This document shows positions 29,645-44,023 of a stretch of DNA of 62,000 nucleotides, in pieces; the stretch's first letter is position 1; each line of letters starts with the position of its first letter. The DNA is taken from contig OX597825.1 in assembly GCA_951406725.2 (NCBI GenBank), forward strand, positions 15,086,001 to 15,148,000, given 5' to 3'. This DNA is from Octopus vulgaris (Eukaryota). The notes beneath the pieces are model-generated. The model was given only the letters and a program-made list of their open reading frames with translations. It searched no databases and was not told the origin of the DNA. Both the position numbers and the translations under genes were made by a program.

Positions 29645-29874
29645 CATACGTAATACATACATACACAATTGCAGCGTGGGATTTGTTATATGTCATTTAA
29701 AAACACACAAAAACCGTTAGATTCAATTCAACATTTAAATTTAATTTGCGAAAATATTAGTGTCGCTTTGAGACCGCGAGCTGTTCACTTACAAAATTAA
29801 ATAGACATCCTTATAATCATTACAATTTATTCAAATCTGAAATTATACGTTCAAATTATTCATCAATTGTTATA

Positions 29875-30715
29875 ATGTGAATATTTAGTATTTAGTAGAC
29901 ATGTCCCTTGGATTTTGCAATGCAAGGAGACTATTAGGCAGGTTACTGATCAGATGACGAATATTTTCTTGCAGAATTTCTTGCCAAATTTCATGCAGTA
30001 ATCTCAAAATATCTGGCTTCGAAAATGCTTTCTTGTTCTTTTTGTTAATTATCCTGTCCATTATGTCCTAGAGGTGTTCAATGGGGTTCATATCTAGTGA
30101 CAGGCTTGGTCATGGTAGCCTTTTCATGCCATTCTCATCCACCAAATATTGGGTCTTCTTAGCCATGTGACAAGGAGCCCCACCTTCCTTTAATAAACGG
30201 TTTTCATTAATCCTTTCGTCATTGGAGAAGGTTGAAATTAGTCCTTTCTGCTATAAGGTTTACATATTTATCTGAGTTTCTGTTACCCTCACACTGCACC
30301 AGCTCTAGTCAACCATGGCTTCAAATTGCTTCCCAGACCATCACAGAATTGCTGCCGTGCTTCAGTGTTGGCTGCAACCTTTTCAAATCAAATTCTTAAG
30401 CACGGAGTCTCCAGACACACATTCGATCACTGTCTGGAAATACAGCAAATCTGGACTCTCCAGAGACTATGCCAATGTCCCAAAATGTTACTGGCCTCTC
30501 CACTATGTCACTGGCCCAATCTTTTCTCTACTTGATATTGGCTAGTCGAAGAATTGGCTTCTTTCTTGCTGCTCTGCCATAGTAACCAATTTTGTGCAGA
30601 TAACTAACGGCTTTTCTGGGACTGACATCAACTTGTTCTGCTATGTCAGATGCCTTTCATCGAGACCTACAATAGGGCCGCTTTCAGATCCGGACAGTTC
30701 GATGGATCCTTTTGT
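29875..30715 (-). mobile_element. Decayed Tc1 transposase
   Basis: KEGGAPCHMAKKT..NGMKRLP*PSLSLDMNPIEHL*DIMDRII..LLHEIWQEI..RHLISNLP..STKY; many stops. Confidence 0.85.
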
Positions 30716-31003
30716 TTATGTCATGATTAAACAGTTGACTAAATGCGGTGCTCCAGCGTGGCCAGAGTCAAATGGCTAAAACTAATACAAGAATAAAAGA
30801 ATATAGAACCTGAAACATCAAAATGTCAATTAATAAATAATATAAACCATTACAAGTTAGAATAAATATAAAACAATGTTTTATAGAGCGTCTATTTCCT
30901 TCTGCCATGTCTGTGTATGTATATGTGTGTATATATATATATATATACAAGTCTGTGTCTGTGTGTGCCTGTGTAGATATGTATGTATTGATATATGTAC
31001 GTG

Positions 31004-31311
31004 GGGGCGCAATGGCCTGCGGTTAGGTTGTGAGTTCGAATCCCGGACCTAGCTGCGTATTGTGTTCTTGAGCAAGACGCTATTTCACATTGCTCCGGTT
31101 CACTCAGCTGTAGAAATGATTTGTGACGTCAGAGGTACCAAGTTGTATCGGCCTTTGCCTTTCCTTTGGATACCACTGGTGGCATGGAGAGGGCAGGCTG
31201 GTATACATGGGCGACTGCTTGTCTTCCATAAACAACCTTGCCCGGACTTGTACCTGGGAGGGTAACGTTCTATGTGCAATTCCACGGCCAGTCATGACCG
31301 AAGGGGGTCTC
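31004..31311 (+). mobile_element. tRNA-headed SINE with a CORE-like body
   Basis: GGGGCGCAATGGCC..GAGTTCGAATCCCGG, TTGAGCAAGACGCTATTTCACATTGCTCC..CACTCAGCTG. Confidence 0.7.
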
Positions 31312-31330
31312 AGCATATATATATATATAT

Positions 31331-31364
<34 letters not shown>

Positions 31365-31608
31365 GACAATAATCCCGAAACTAGTCCGAGCGTATCACTC
31401 AGGCTTGCGAGAAAGGGATAGCCTCCCTTTGCAAATACTTCAAGAGCACTGAAATGGTGTCTAAAGCCAGCTGGAGACGACGATCTCCTGGGGCTATAGA
31501 GCTAGAGTAACACCCCCTCCCCTATGTGGTTAGCCATATTAAGATGGCTTCTATACTTTACATTATCGAGCGATTACTGTTTACATTTCATTCAGAGATT
31601 TAATAATG

Positions 31609-31668
<60 letters not shown>

Positions 31669-32292
31669 TATAGATAGATAGATATATAGATATAGATATA
31701 TAGATATATAGATATATATATATATAGAAGGTTGACGGACTCGTACCAGCAGCAGGCAGCAATATGCTTATACGATCATACAGGAGGACAGGGGATAAGT
31801 ATCGATTGGTATTTCGAAAAGCAGAAAAGAACATTAGATTTACGTATCGTACTCAAAGTAAATGGCTTGTTAAAAGGCAACACTGCTAAAAGTTCCTTGT
31901 TGGCATATTACGAGGGAATCAGCAATCAATAAGTTAGCTCGTTCTCAATGCAATTATCAACATATAAATATTGTTACAAATTGAGGATTAACATTATTTG
32001 CCACCAAGTTTTTTAATGGTGTCGTATAATAATATCTATAGTATATTTTGTCGGTTAATTTTGAGAGTGATGCTTATATTTGATGGAATAAATATCTTTA
32101 GTCTTAAGCATAAAGACGTGCTGCTGTCAACTTTTCGACTATAGGATCTTATGTTAAAGGTTTCAGAAACGTTCTTGTATACTTTTCCTGAGATGCTGTT
32201 ATCATTCCATCCACTTCAAACACACATACATACAAAAATACATTCACATAGATATATATATGTATATATAATATATTATATATATACATATA

Positions 32293-32331
<39 letters not shown>

Positions 32332-33490
32332 TCGCACATGCACATGGTAGTTCACTTCTATGGCAATCTATGGAAGTGGAATCGTTTAAGGGATGCTGGA
32401 AAAGCGTCCAGGAGTAACTGTCTACAATATTTCAGAGAAGTTGAAAAGTTGAAAACACACCATTTCAATGCATTTGCTGGATTCCATTAGTGTCCAAAGT
32501 TAAGCTTTTGAAAGGAGGCAGTTATTGACAGTTATAGTATATCTTAATATGTCACATGAAAATATTTAGACATAAATATAAATCCGCACACTTTTATTAG
32601 GAGTAATGTTAATAGCAGGAAAATATTTGTGAGTGAATGCGTGTCATAGTCTTTGACTGTGTTTGCGTATATGTAGGCGTGTTTAAGTGCGTACATTTTT
32701 AAATGTGTATCTGTAAATATTTCTGTTTGTGTGTTTCTGTACATATTTGCTTGTGTGATACTGTGTATGTGTGCCTGTACGTAAATTTCTATCACACAGA
32801 CATATACTTACACACACATACAAACAAACACATACATATATATTCTTAAGTATATACTATATTTTTTTTATCTCAATTTATATCCAGTTTCGATTGAAGA
32901 TACGGATTTAAACTGAGAGCTTTCGTTGTATTTTAGCTTTAATATTTTAGGCTTCTTAAGATATCTGTGTGTAAAAAATGCCACTTCACTTTGTCCATAT
33001 TTTATCTATGATTGTTACAAAATCCTCTTAGCCATTACACTTCGGTGTCTAAAGTAAATACTTAAATCTTTCTCTAGCAATTTATCTCTTACATAACAGA
33101 TTGCATATAGATTCTATATCTCATTATTAGATTCTATATCTTATAAATAATTTGGTTGTTATCTTTAATAATTTTATCCTTCCATTACAACTGATCTCCT
33201 ATACCCTAAACCATATGGCCAATGGTGCCTCTCGACCGCACTGATTTAAACTGAATGTGATAGATACCTAGAAAGAGAAAAGAGATAAGAGAGGGACATA
33301 TATTGTGACATATAGTGTGAGAGTGAGAGAAACAGAGATGGTCGTAATACAAGTATATACAAAGTGTGATTACATTCAGCAATAATACAAAAGCAATCGT
33401 TGGAGATATGATTCATTGCATGGCTTGATAAGGTTAACCTTTTTAAATCAATTGACGCAAAAGGAAACAAACGTTATATTGTACTAACTA

Positions 33491-34189
33491 GTACTAACTA
33501 TTTTCATTTTTATGTACTTTGTACATCAGATATAAACTGCAGTAATAATAAACATTTGGTCAATAATATGAGCCCCTATTTCGAATAATTTGTTATGCTT
33601 CCCACGTTATTGTGTTTCTGGAGGTTATTCCCTTTAAAGGGGTGAACGTGTGATTCAGTGCTTTAGCCACAAAATATATTTTATAATCAGAGCCGAGATC
33701 AAAGCATCACGACAAAGCAAGGAAGAGATCAGCTGATTGACACTAGTTCGAGTTACTTTATTCTCTTTCTACATCTATAGGAATACTGTGTAACTCTACC
33801 GAAAGAAAGTGAACTCTCGCTCTTCTGGATAGTATATATAGTACTAACTATTTTCATTTTCATGTACTTTGTATATGAGATATAAACCGAAGTAATAATA
33901 AAAATTTGATCCATAATATGAGCCCCTAATTCGAATAATTTATGATGCTTCCCACGTTATTGTTCTTCTGGACGTTATTCCCTTTAATGGAGTGAAAGTG
34001 TGATTCAGTGCTTTGGTCACAAAATATGGATATAACCAGAGCCGTGATCAAAGCGCGACTACAAACTAAGGGAGAGATCAGGTGATTGACACCAGTCCGA
34101 ATTAGTTACTTCTCTGTCTACATCTATAGGTATACTGTGTAACTCTACCGAAAGAAATTGAACCCTCGATTTTCTGGATAGTATATATA
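33491..34189 (+). repeat. Tandem duplication of a ~350-bp unit containing FN3-like pseudo-exon sequence
   Basis: Units start at 33491 and 33841, roughly 85% identical by eye; from 33530 reads DINCSNNKHLVNNMSPYFE*FVML. Confidence 0.8.
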
Positions 34190-34357
34190 TATATTTATAG
34201 CATATGCAACAATCCCATAACTTATATCTAGGATGCATATTTTGAGAGGTTCGCCAAGGTCAACAATTCTTGTAGGGGAATAAGTAATGAATTTTATTAT
34301 ATTAGATTTTTACTTTTAGTTTAATAGACGTTACTCACATTTTATTTCTCTATTCAG

Positions 34358-34428
34358 GATATTTCTATTCAATTCGTGCTACTCTATTATTTCTGATTAT
34401 GACTCCATCAGTGAAAAGAAAATTATTT
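34358..34428 (+). pseudogene. FN3 C-terminal-like pseudo-exon
   Basis: Acceptor TTTATTTCTCTATTCAG; GYFYSIRATLLF, then (with a 1-nt frameshift) SDYDSISEKKII; donor GTATAT. Confidence 0.3.
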
Positions 34429-35321
34429 GTATATATATGTGTGTATATATATTTCAATGGAAATTACAAAGAATGTTATTCTTGCATTGCATTTGTATGG
34501 AACTGTTCTTCAATAAATAGCATCCCAACGATAAAGCAACAAATGTTTTTTTTTGTTTTTTTGCTTTTTTGCATTTGCTGTATACTTTATTCATATTTTT
34601 CAAATATATTGCGAGATTTCACTTCTTATCAAAATATGCCTCTTAGTATTGTTGTGGATATTTTCTTTTATATTCTTTACTGCTTTTTTTCATTATTATC
34701 ATTATTATTATTTCCTTTCGCTTCAAATATTTGTATGGGTATTTCAAATTTTCCTCTCAGAATGGCAGAAACTAAATTGTGACTTGAAATAAGTGTTTTT
34801 ATATAATATAAAATTTATCAGAATATGTGTTTCTCAGATCCAGTGAGAGGTAGCTTCAGTGCAGTAGTTCTGTCATGTGACAAAATAAAAAGAAATGTAA
34901 TATTTCAACGTACAAATCAGAGAGTAAATATAGGATGTTAAAAAAGGCTCCGTCAATAATGCACGTAATGGAATGGAAAAAGAAGAGCAATATTTGTCAA
35001 ACTGGTGATGCTATCTAGCTATAATATTATATGTATAATGAAAAGAAAATGTGAGACCAGCACGATTTCTTCTCTAGAAATATGATGAAATATTCATTCC
35101 CATTATACACTCAAACTCGTTTGATTTTTTTTTCTTAAAGGTATCTATGATCTAATATCTATCTGCACCGTAATATTCCTTAGATATTTCCCCTTATCTC
35201 ACTCGCTATTCCTCAAAATTCCTCTCGTATCAGTCTTTGTTTACGCTTGTTCATATATTTTCAGTAAAATTTTACAGTAATAAATTAACCGTTAATTGCA
35301 TTAATTTAATAAACTACACAT

Positions 35322-35731
35322 AGGCGCAGGAGTGGCTGTGTGGTAAGTAGCTTGCTAACCAACCACATGGTTCCGGGTTCAGTCCCACTGCGTGGCATCT
35401 TGGGCAAGTGTGTTCTGCTATAGCCCCGGGCCGACCAATGCCTTGTGAGTGGATTTGGTAGACGGAAACTGAAAGAAGCCTGTCGTATATATGTATATAT
35501 ATATGTATGTGTGTGTGTTTGTGTGTCTGTGTTTGTCCCCCTAACATTGCTTGACAACTGATGCTGGTGTGTTTACGTCCCCGTCACTTAGCGGTTCGGC
35601 AAAAACATACCGATAGAATAAGCACTGGGCTTACAAACAAATAATAAGTCCCGGGGTCGAGTTGCTCGACTAAAGGCGGTGCTCCAGCATGGCCGCAGTC
35701 AAATGACTGAAACAAGTAAAAGAGTAAAGAG
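35322..35731 (+). mobile_element. SINE family B
   Basis: Full length, collinear with the other copies. Confidence 0.9.
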
Positions 35732-36010
35732 TATATCAGACAATATAAACAAAAATGAAACGTAAAATCTAGTGAGTAAATGTCTAAACATTAGGTCAAC
35801 GAGGTAAGAATACCGCCAAATGTATTTTGCATCATGGTTCACTGTCTCGAAGAAAAAACAAATATTGAATATTATAGGTATTGATATTGAATGAGATGAG
35901 AAGACTTTAATCATATGCTTATGATGCAAACACTGGCATATAGCTAAACAATTACTACATCATCGCTGAGTCATGGTTTGGGTTCATTTTATCTTTAATT
36001 GAGAGTGGCT

Positions 36011-36218
36011 TCAAGTGTTGGCACCAAGCCAGCAGTTTGGGAGGAGGGGTAAGTAGGTTACATCGACACCATTTCTCAACTGGTACTTAACTTCTCGACG
36101 CCGAAAGGAAGAAAGACAAAACCGACCTCAGCAGTATTTGAACTCAGAAAGTAAAGACGGATGAAATGCCGCTAAGTAATGTGCCCGGCGTGCTAACGAT
36201 TCTGCGAGATGTCGCCTT
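36011..36218 (-). mobile_element. SINE family A-related (diverged)
   Basis: Head and core recognisable on the minus strand. Confidence 0.8.
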
Positions 36219-36985
36219 CAGAGTTCGAACGCTGAAAATAGGCTAATGGTACAGTCGAATAACATTCCATGTTGTAAAGTATTGCAACGTTTATCAGTCT
36301 ATGAGATCTACCAAATTACAGCTTTATTAACTATGATAGTCAATTATTAATCTATCCCAAGATAACAGCATCATAACGAAGAAAAACAAACTACCAAATC
36401 TTCGTATAATTAATAAATATACCATATTAATAAACATATCACTCGGCTCGTGATGTCACGGCACTGGCATGACTATACTCCCCAGATAACTGTACGACCT
36501 AATCAATCAAGCTCATTTCTCACTAAAATCATGATATTCGGTTTCATTTTACATATTTAAAAATGAATAGTTGTGGCTTCGATGCTTTCGCATGTTCTCT
36601 TATTGCAACTGGTCATTAATCAAATGATATTTGCGGCTCAACGAAGTTTAGTATTATTAATTATTAGAAACTTGATTTTAATTCCAACGTAATATCTAAT
36701 ATTCTATGCTGTTTTCATGAAAATCACGTACTTTATTCTTTGTAATATGCTTGAATACTCTTATAATTTGGCCGTTTCCAACATCCAAACATTTTAAGCA
36801 AAGATAGGTTTAGCCAAAGGAGAATCATAAACGGCTTCCTTACCCAAAATATTGTTTAGGTAACAAAAACAAAATATACGTTATATAGATAGATAGAGAG
36901 ATAGATAGACAGATATATAGATAATACACATATAGATACATTCATATGTATGCATGCATATATACATAGATATACATACATTCTG

Positions 36986-37047
<62 letters not shown>

Positions 37048-37084
37048 ATGTGTGTGTATGTGTGTGTACATATATGTGTATATA

Positions 37085-37131
<47 letters not shown>

Positions 37132-38532
37132 AGTTTATCCAAACAAGAAAACACAACAACGCGAGGACATGGAACACATATAGTATTATTGGACGCTCAG
37201 GAAAGAAGGGAAGAATGAGGGTTTAACGTTTCGAGCGGAGCTCTTTGTCTGACACAGACACACACACCTACACACACATATATATATATATAAGTATATG
37301 TATTTACACTTATATATACATTCAATATTATGTTACATCACGCATTGTGTTCCAACAGAACAAGATCTAATGGACTTCTCTCCATGCAGTGTATCACTTC
37401 CAATCAGTTTCGAGTTCCTACTGCATCCTAAACTGTACAAAGTATTCAAACATGGTAATATAAGGTAAAACTGTATTGTGACATCAAAGGGAAATATTAA
37501 TTATGAGATTTAGTGTTGTAGTAAATGAGCTCAATTATGTTACTTTATTGTTATATATGATAAAATTGTTCATGAATATATTCAGTTAGTTAATTAAACT
37601 GAGATTAATTTTTTTTCGCGAGATCACTTGAAAATATGTGATGGCAAAGGTTCTTTCTTAAAATATTACTGCAGATTTTAACACTGAGAGATGAAAAGAA
37701 ACATTAAACATATGGGATTCGAAAAAAAAAAGTATATTAATTCTCATGTGAAAATGTCGGAACATTTAATTACACTCCTCAGCTATTTGGGTAAAGTCAT
37801 GACTTAATCGTGCTGTAGGTTTCCTGATTTCATTAGGAAAGCATGCTGATAAAGACTCCAGATCAATTTATGCTATTTTTATTGTATTGATATTGCGGGT
37901 TGTGTTTCTTTTAATTTCGTTTTCTACGAATTTCTTTCTGTGAACCAAAAATAAAACAAAATGCAGTGAAATGCTACAAAACGTGGCTTTTAAATCTCAA
38001 ATGCAAGAAATACTTATCACAGGAGATTATTTCCTTTTTGTACCTACATATATATTTTTTTCATTGTAGCTCTATATTGACATCAATCAGTCACCCACCA
38101 GCATATTTCACATGCTTTTCTTTTTACTGAACTTGTACAAAAGTGTATACATAACCTTACATGGAGAACTTTCTTTTCTTCTTGAATGTTGGGGTTTTTA
38201 TCTGAGCTTTTACTTGCACGTCATTATCGCTGCATATGTATTTATCAAAAGCATATATGTGCGTGAATGTGTATAGCGTTGTATATAATAAGAAGTACAT
38301 GTTGTGTCTTATATGGTAAAACTCGCATACTTATACATGCAGAAATTCTCGAATATGAGTGCATATATCCTGATGCGTGCATACCTGTAAATGTAAGCAG
38401 TTGGAAGTAATGCAGATTCGGTTAACAAGTCATGTATAGATTTTGCTGTAAAGGTAAACGTTAGCAACAAAAAAACCTGTTCTAAATCATTCTTTCTCAA
38501 ATGTATTTAGAGTGTTTTTTCTTTATTATAAG

Positions 38533-38691
38533 TCCAAGTACCAAATACATATCTATACGCAACGATACTCATGTATGTTGTCGTCGATGCGTAATCCCCG
38601 GCACTACCTTCACCACATCATGGTTTATAAGAACTGCTAAGAATATCAATAATGGTAAAAGTTTAGCCGAAATGTCAAGTAGAAATGTCAG
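38533..38691 (+). pseudogene. Open symmetric exon with an FN3-like translation
   Basis: 159 nt, phase 2/2, no stop: PSTKYISIRNDTHVCCRRCVIPGTTFTTSWFIRTAKNINNGKSLAEMSSRNVR; strong donor CAG|GTAAGC. Confidence 0.45.
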
Positions 38692-39078
38692 GTAAGCGGC
38701 AGTGTAAGGGATCTCTCAGATGGTTATTATGAAGTGATTACAGAGCTGCTGCTATGGTGAGGTATGCGCTGGGTTAATATACAGAAGATTAACATAGCAT
38801 AAATCTTATAGTAATGTTCGTGTATTTTGAAGTGGAGATGTCATATTGAAACTTTGTCGTTCTACAGTGAATCGTAGTTTTCGAAATACACATATAGAAT
38901 AAATAACAGAGGGATGGATACCTCAGCTATGAAAACAAGCTGCTCTACTTCAGCTTTTAATGCATAGAACAACGACAACAGTACCTGAGATACAATAATC
39001 AATTCATTATTAATTATTGATATTTAAAGCAATCTCCTCCTACTAAAACGGTGTATGTCTTATTCTTTGGCCTCTTAG

Positions 39079-39626
39079 AAGGAAACGGATATTTAATAGC
39101 AAACCTTAAGAGGTTGTATACAGCAGTTTCCGTCTCATATCAAATAATTTAAATAAAAAAGATATTTCATGTAGACGGTGAGTTAAAATCGTTTGTCCCT
39201 TTTCTTTTACACGGAATATAATATAAAATATTTCTTCTTCTATATGAAACTACAAAATTGATTTGATGAACGACGATGAGCCTTACAAAGCAAAGAAAAT
39301 GGATTCAGCAAAATGTTATCACTTTTTCTCGCATCTTTTACACCTGTCATCTTTTTTTTATTGTATTTCATAATGTGATCTAAAAATGCATAAGCAATGA
39401 TGATTCTTATTTTCCAATTGATAAACTAAAGAACCTGCTCAATATAACATATACATTCTAACTTCTTCTCAACAACCCTCCATTAAAATAAAATGGGTGA
39501 TCATCCACCAACAATTGCAACGGATGTAATAAATATGCGTAACATTAATATTCATTACTAACAACAGCCGCATTCAATCGTACAATTGGGAAGGTTCTTA
39601 TAAGCCACTTGTTACTAAATAGATCG
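39079..39626 (+). pseudogene. Two consecutive FN3-like pseudo-exons (39079-39177; 39432-~39626)
   Basis: First exon is 99 nt, phase 1/1, donor ACG|GTGAGT: EGNGYLIANLKRLYTAVSVSYQII*IKKIFHVD (TAA 39150-39152). It splices in frame to EPAQYNIYILTSSQQPSIKIKW, followed by a frameshift into NNCNGCNKY (FN3 W..P..NG.I..Y pattern). Confidence 0.5.
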
Positions 39627-40195
39627 GTAAAACCCCGTGTCTCAAATCATACATTTAGATTATAACATCAGTAAAGATCGATGACATTAGCTTTAAAATC
39701 TAGTCATTTAAAATCTAGTCATCTTAACTTTTGCATTTAGCTTTTTCTTAAATATATACAATATCAGAACCAATTAAGAATAGAAGATAACGATAACAAG
39801 AGATATAAAAAGTTCACATGAACTGTCAACATCATTAATGTAAATATGGCCATAGGCTATTTTCTTGACTCCACAAGCCGGTAACCCGCCAGTGTTTTGT
39901 TAACAAAGATATATATTGTTTTAGAATTATGTGGTAGACTCGAAAGAAAACATGTATTTGAATTAGCCATACAAGGCATTAAGTATCGTTGGAAATGTGT
40001 TTATGTAGAATATTTAATACCTATGATAAAATAAGCAATGATATTCATTATTTATAAATTCTCATAACAAATCCGGGGAATTATGCATTTGCTTATACCG
40101 AACCAAATCATTATCGACTATATTATTTTGTTACCCCATTCCACGTAAGGATAAAATTCAAAATTTAACACATCGTGTATTGAAACCAGAGCATA

Positions 40196-40588
40196 TAGGT
40201 ATATTTATTACTTTGTTTCCCACAGGGGGATAAACACAGAGAGGACAAACAAGGACAGACAAACGGATTAAGTCGATTATAGAACCAAGAACCCGTTGGC
40301 TTGACACCATCAGGAGTGACACCGGAATGGACATGACCAATCTGAAGGAAGCGGCCCAGTATAGAACTGACTGGAAAACACTGATCCAACGAGTGACCGA
40401 GAGTCGACTTCGACTGACCGGATAGAGAGATATCGACCCCAGTATGTAACTGGTACTTATTTCATCGACCCCTGAAGGATGAAAGGCAAAGTCGACCTCG
40501 ACGGAATTTGAGCTCGGAACGTAACGGCAGAAGAAATAATGCTGAGCATATCGCCCGGCGTGCTAAAGCTTTTGCCAGCTGGGCGCCC
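40196..40588 (-). mobile_element. SINE family A interrupted by the RTE fragment
   Basis: Collinear with 9326-9555 once 40282-40430 is removed. Confidence 0.9.
40282..40430 (+). mobile_element. 5'-truncated RTE (BovB-like) LINE 3' end inserted in a SINE
   Basis: PRTRWLDTIRSDTGMDMTNLKEAAQYRTDWKTLIQRVTESRLRLTG* then GAGAGA; splits the SINE motif GATTATATCGACC. Confidence 0.85.
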
Positions 40589-41449
40589 CCTGACCATATA
40601 GGTGTATTATATAAAAGTGTGTATACAAATGCAACTACAACTTATATTGTTTGGTGAGTTATGGAATATGTCATCGATTGCACAGTAAAACCAACCATTT
40701 GGTTTTTTATACCAACATTATCGTTGTCATTTTCTCATTATATTTTCTTTGTTGTGTGAATGTGTGTATATGCATTTACTGGAGTTGACGGCGTGGTAGG
40801 AATAAAAAAATCGTTTTATAGAAATATTTTTCTCTTGCCTTGATCTTATACTAATGGCCAAAATTTTCTGAGTCACAAGGCAGTATTAAAATCTATGATG
40901 ATGCCATTCATTGTTCTTTGATTGAGATAAAATGAAAATTTGGTTGATATTGTTTATGTGGAAAGTTGCCAACAACAACTAGTATTCTCTTGATGCCAGC
41001 AGTTTAGATCTCTTTAAGAGTGCAATATCGCATGCCTTAAATATATGCATTATTAACAATAACTGCAAAATATATACAGCAAATTATCGCGTTGCGTGAC
41101 AAATTCACAGATTGCTATATTATAAACGGAATTAATATTTGTGTGATTGTACAAGTTTATGTGTGTGTACATATATGCATGTGTGTATGTATATCTACCA
41201 GTATGTATGTATGTATTTATGTATGTATGTATGTATGTATGTATATGTGTATGTACGTATGTATGTATTTATACAGTGATGTGTAATTGTCTAGATATAT
41301 TGATCAATACGTAGATAGACAAATGCGTAGATATAAACTTGTGTAAGGTGATATTATGATTTCCCATTAGGAAGGGATATAAAATACACGGGAAAATAAT
41401 GGTGAAATGAAAAAAAAAGAATAATAATGTTTTCTTTATTAACTTCGAG

Positions 41450-41691
41450 GTGGTCCCGGTAGTGCCCGCGGATTTCTGGAAACTATTATTAGCTCCAGCA
41501 CGAAAACCTTCCGGAATGTACCACCCAGTTGGTTTTCCCCGACGTACAGCATTGCTCAGAACAATCTAATGGATTTTCCCACCACTAACACTCTATACAG
41601 CGCCATTTTGGGACCTCAGTCAAAAGTATTGAAAGGCTATCAGCACTTGACACAATATCTGAATAGTATTCAGTTGACACAAAACTATTGA
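41450..41691 (+). pseudogene. Near-complete FN3-like domain exon
   Basis: 79 open codons, GC-richer than flanks: GPGSARGFLETIISSSTKTFRNVPPSWFSPTYSIAQNNLMDFPTTNTLYSAILGPQSKVLKGYQHLTQYLNSIQLTQNY*. The acceptor is atypical (TTCGAG). Confidence 0.45.
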
Positions 41692-41996
41692 CTATAAGAA
41701 GTATTTGAAGAAGATTTAGTATAATTTCTTCATAATTTCGCTAAGCAGAATGGCAAAACCTGACTGAGGATATTTACAATCAAAATAATTCCATACATGA
41801 ATGAATCCTTTTTTTTTTAATCAAAAGTAATTACCTTTTGGGGAACGATAGGATATGAAATGGCTTCTATTCATAGAATTCGTTTCAAGGTATGGATAAC
41901 TCAGTCTCATCACTGTCGCCCCATTTTCGGTTAAGTTGTTGCTTTCCTTACTCGCAAATGTGGTTAAATGCATGACAAAATAACTGTGCCATTTAG

Positions 41997-42114
41997 TTCT
42001 GCGTCTTAACATTTTGTGCTCAGTACGGTTTAGAGTCAACTTAGAATGGTGGCATACTAAACCTCACGGCGTTATACTAAAACTGAACCATTGTACCTCC
42101 AGCAATAAATATAG
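41997..42114 (+). pseudogene. FN3 N-terminal-like pseudo-exon
   Basis: VLRLNILCSVRFRVNLEWWHTKPHGVILKLNHCTSSNKYR (VxLxW...PxGVI); splice sites are weak. Confidence 0.35.
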
Positions 42115-42130
42115 GTTATTTCGACATTAC

Positions 42131-42722
42131 TTATTACCTCCGCCTTTACTAAGACGAGAAGTGTTCTTTTCAGTCGTGTTTGTTTGTTTGACCGTGGGCA
42201 AGATATCTCAAAAACCGCTAGATGGATTCGGATGAGACTTTCAGAGATGTATGGCATCGTGGCTAGCGCGAAGTGCTACATTTTGGGATCGATCCGGCCC
42301 AGACAAAGATAATGGATTATTTGTTATATTTATTTTACTTAAAATGATTACGATCTTACATTAACTTTCGAGTCTTTCTCAATCATCTCCCTATAGGCTG
42401 TAACTATTTTAAATGGAGAATTTGGTAACTTTGGCTCATATCAATTAAGGATAAAATATTTATTATTACTAAATTTTCGGCTGCCACCTTCAAATTTCAT
42501 GACTACCATTAGGGTCGATTACGCACCGGACAAGGATTCTGGATTATTTCCAAGGGTTTTTTTAATTAATTTTTGAGAGCGGTCGGGTTCATGTTTAGTA
42601 TTCTTGTTTGTAAGAGCAGTCGAGGTCATTTCAGATATTCTAATTTTAAAAATCATCTCTGGCTAACCGTTGAGAGGACGTTGTTGTTACTTTGACGGAG
42701 GTTTGCACTCTGAGTGCGTTTG
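42131..42722 (+). mobile_element. Helentron/HINE-like non-autonomous element
   Basis: 5' TTATTACCTCCGCC, 3' subterminal inverted GACGGAGGT followed by a GCACTC-TGAGTGC hairpin; GTTT microsatellite; extra internal segment. Confidence 0.65.
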
Positions 42723-42896
42723 TTATATATTGTATTTGTCAAGAAGGTGCATTTGCAACCACGTCGTTTCGTATGCAGTCGTAGTGCGCGATACCATGGG
42801 CAAACGTATTCTACCATTAGTCACGGGACAATCATTGACCTGTAGATGAATTAATGGAGGAAAAGTCTGTCGATTCCCACCGTATTTATATATGTA

Positions 42897-42936
<40 letters not shown>

Positions 42937-43091
42937 TTATATATATATATATATGTATGTATATATATATATATATATGTAAGTATATATATATATGTAT
43001 GTATGTATATATATATATGTATGTATGTATGCATTTATATATATATATATACATATATATGTGTGTATGTATATACATATATATATATGGG

Positions 43092-43157
<66 letters not shown>

Positions 43158-43304
43158 GCGTCTGCGTCTTTCTGTTTGTATTTGACCTTCCATCGCTTGA
43201 CAGTGGATATTGAATTATTTACGACACTTGATAGCGGTTGCCCAGCATAAGGGATTGAGAGAAAATTTGCAACATTTGAAAATAGTAATAATAATAGTAA
43301 TAAC

Positions 43305-43466
<162 letters not shown>

Positions 43467-44023
43467 AAATAGGGTCGATTTGTTCCACTAAACCCACACC
43501 GTGCTGCAGCATGACAGCAGCCTATGAAGGAAACATGTAAAAACTAAAATGTCAACTAATTTAATTATTTTGGAGCTGATTAAACTTGAATTAGCTCTGA
43601 GGAGCATACTTGCGGACAGACGTTTTTTCTTTGTGATCATTTTGCCGTAATTAAAGTATCTCGGAAGAATATTTAATCAAGTATATCCTATTAGACGTAT
43701 GATTCGGAGGAAATATAGCTGCCTACTTTTGATAATTTTTAGTGTATGTCTACTTAAACGAACTACTAGTAATGTTGCTGCATCTTTAAGTATTCCATTA
43801 ATCCTATTAACATTTAATAATTAGTAAGAAAGTGGAGCTTAGAAGGAAAACTGGTGTTGTCCCCGCAAACTACTACCTGCATACAATTTCATTACACGGT
43901 TGAAAAACTAAAAAATATTTCCAAGTGTTGAACGTACTAAATGACTAACCTGCACGAAAAAAATATGCTTCGCCGTTGCCACAAAGTACGGAAGTATCAA
44001 TTACTATTACAGCTATTTCTACT

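Noticed and set aside
34399-34782. 127-aa hydrophobic ORF
   Set aside because: Low-complexity T-rich DNA with no motif.
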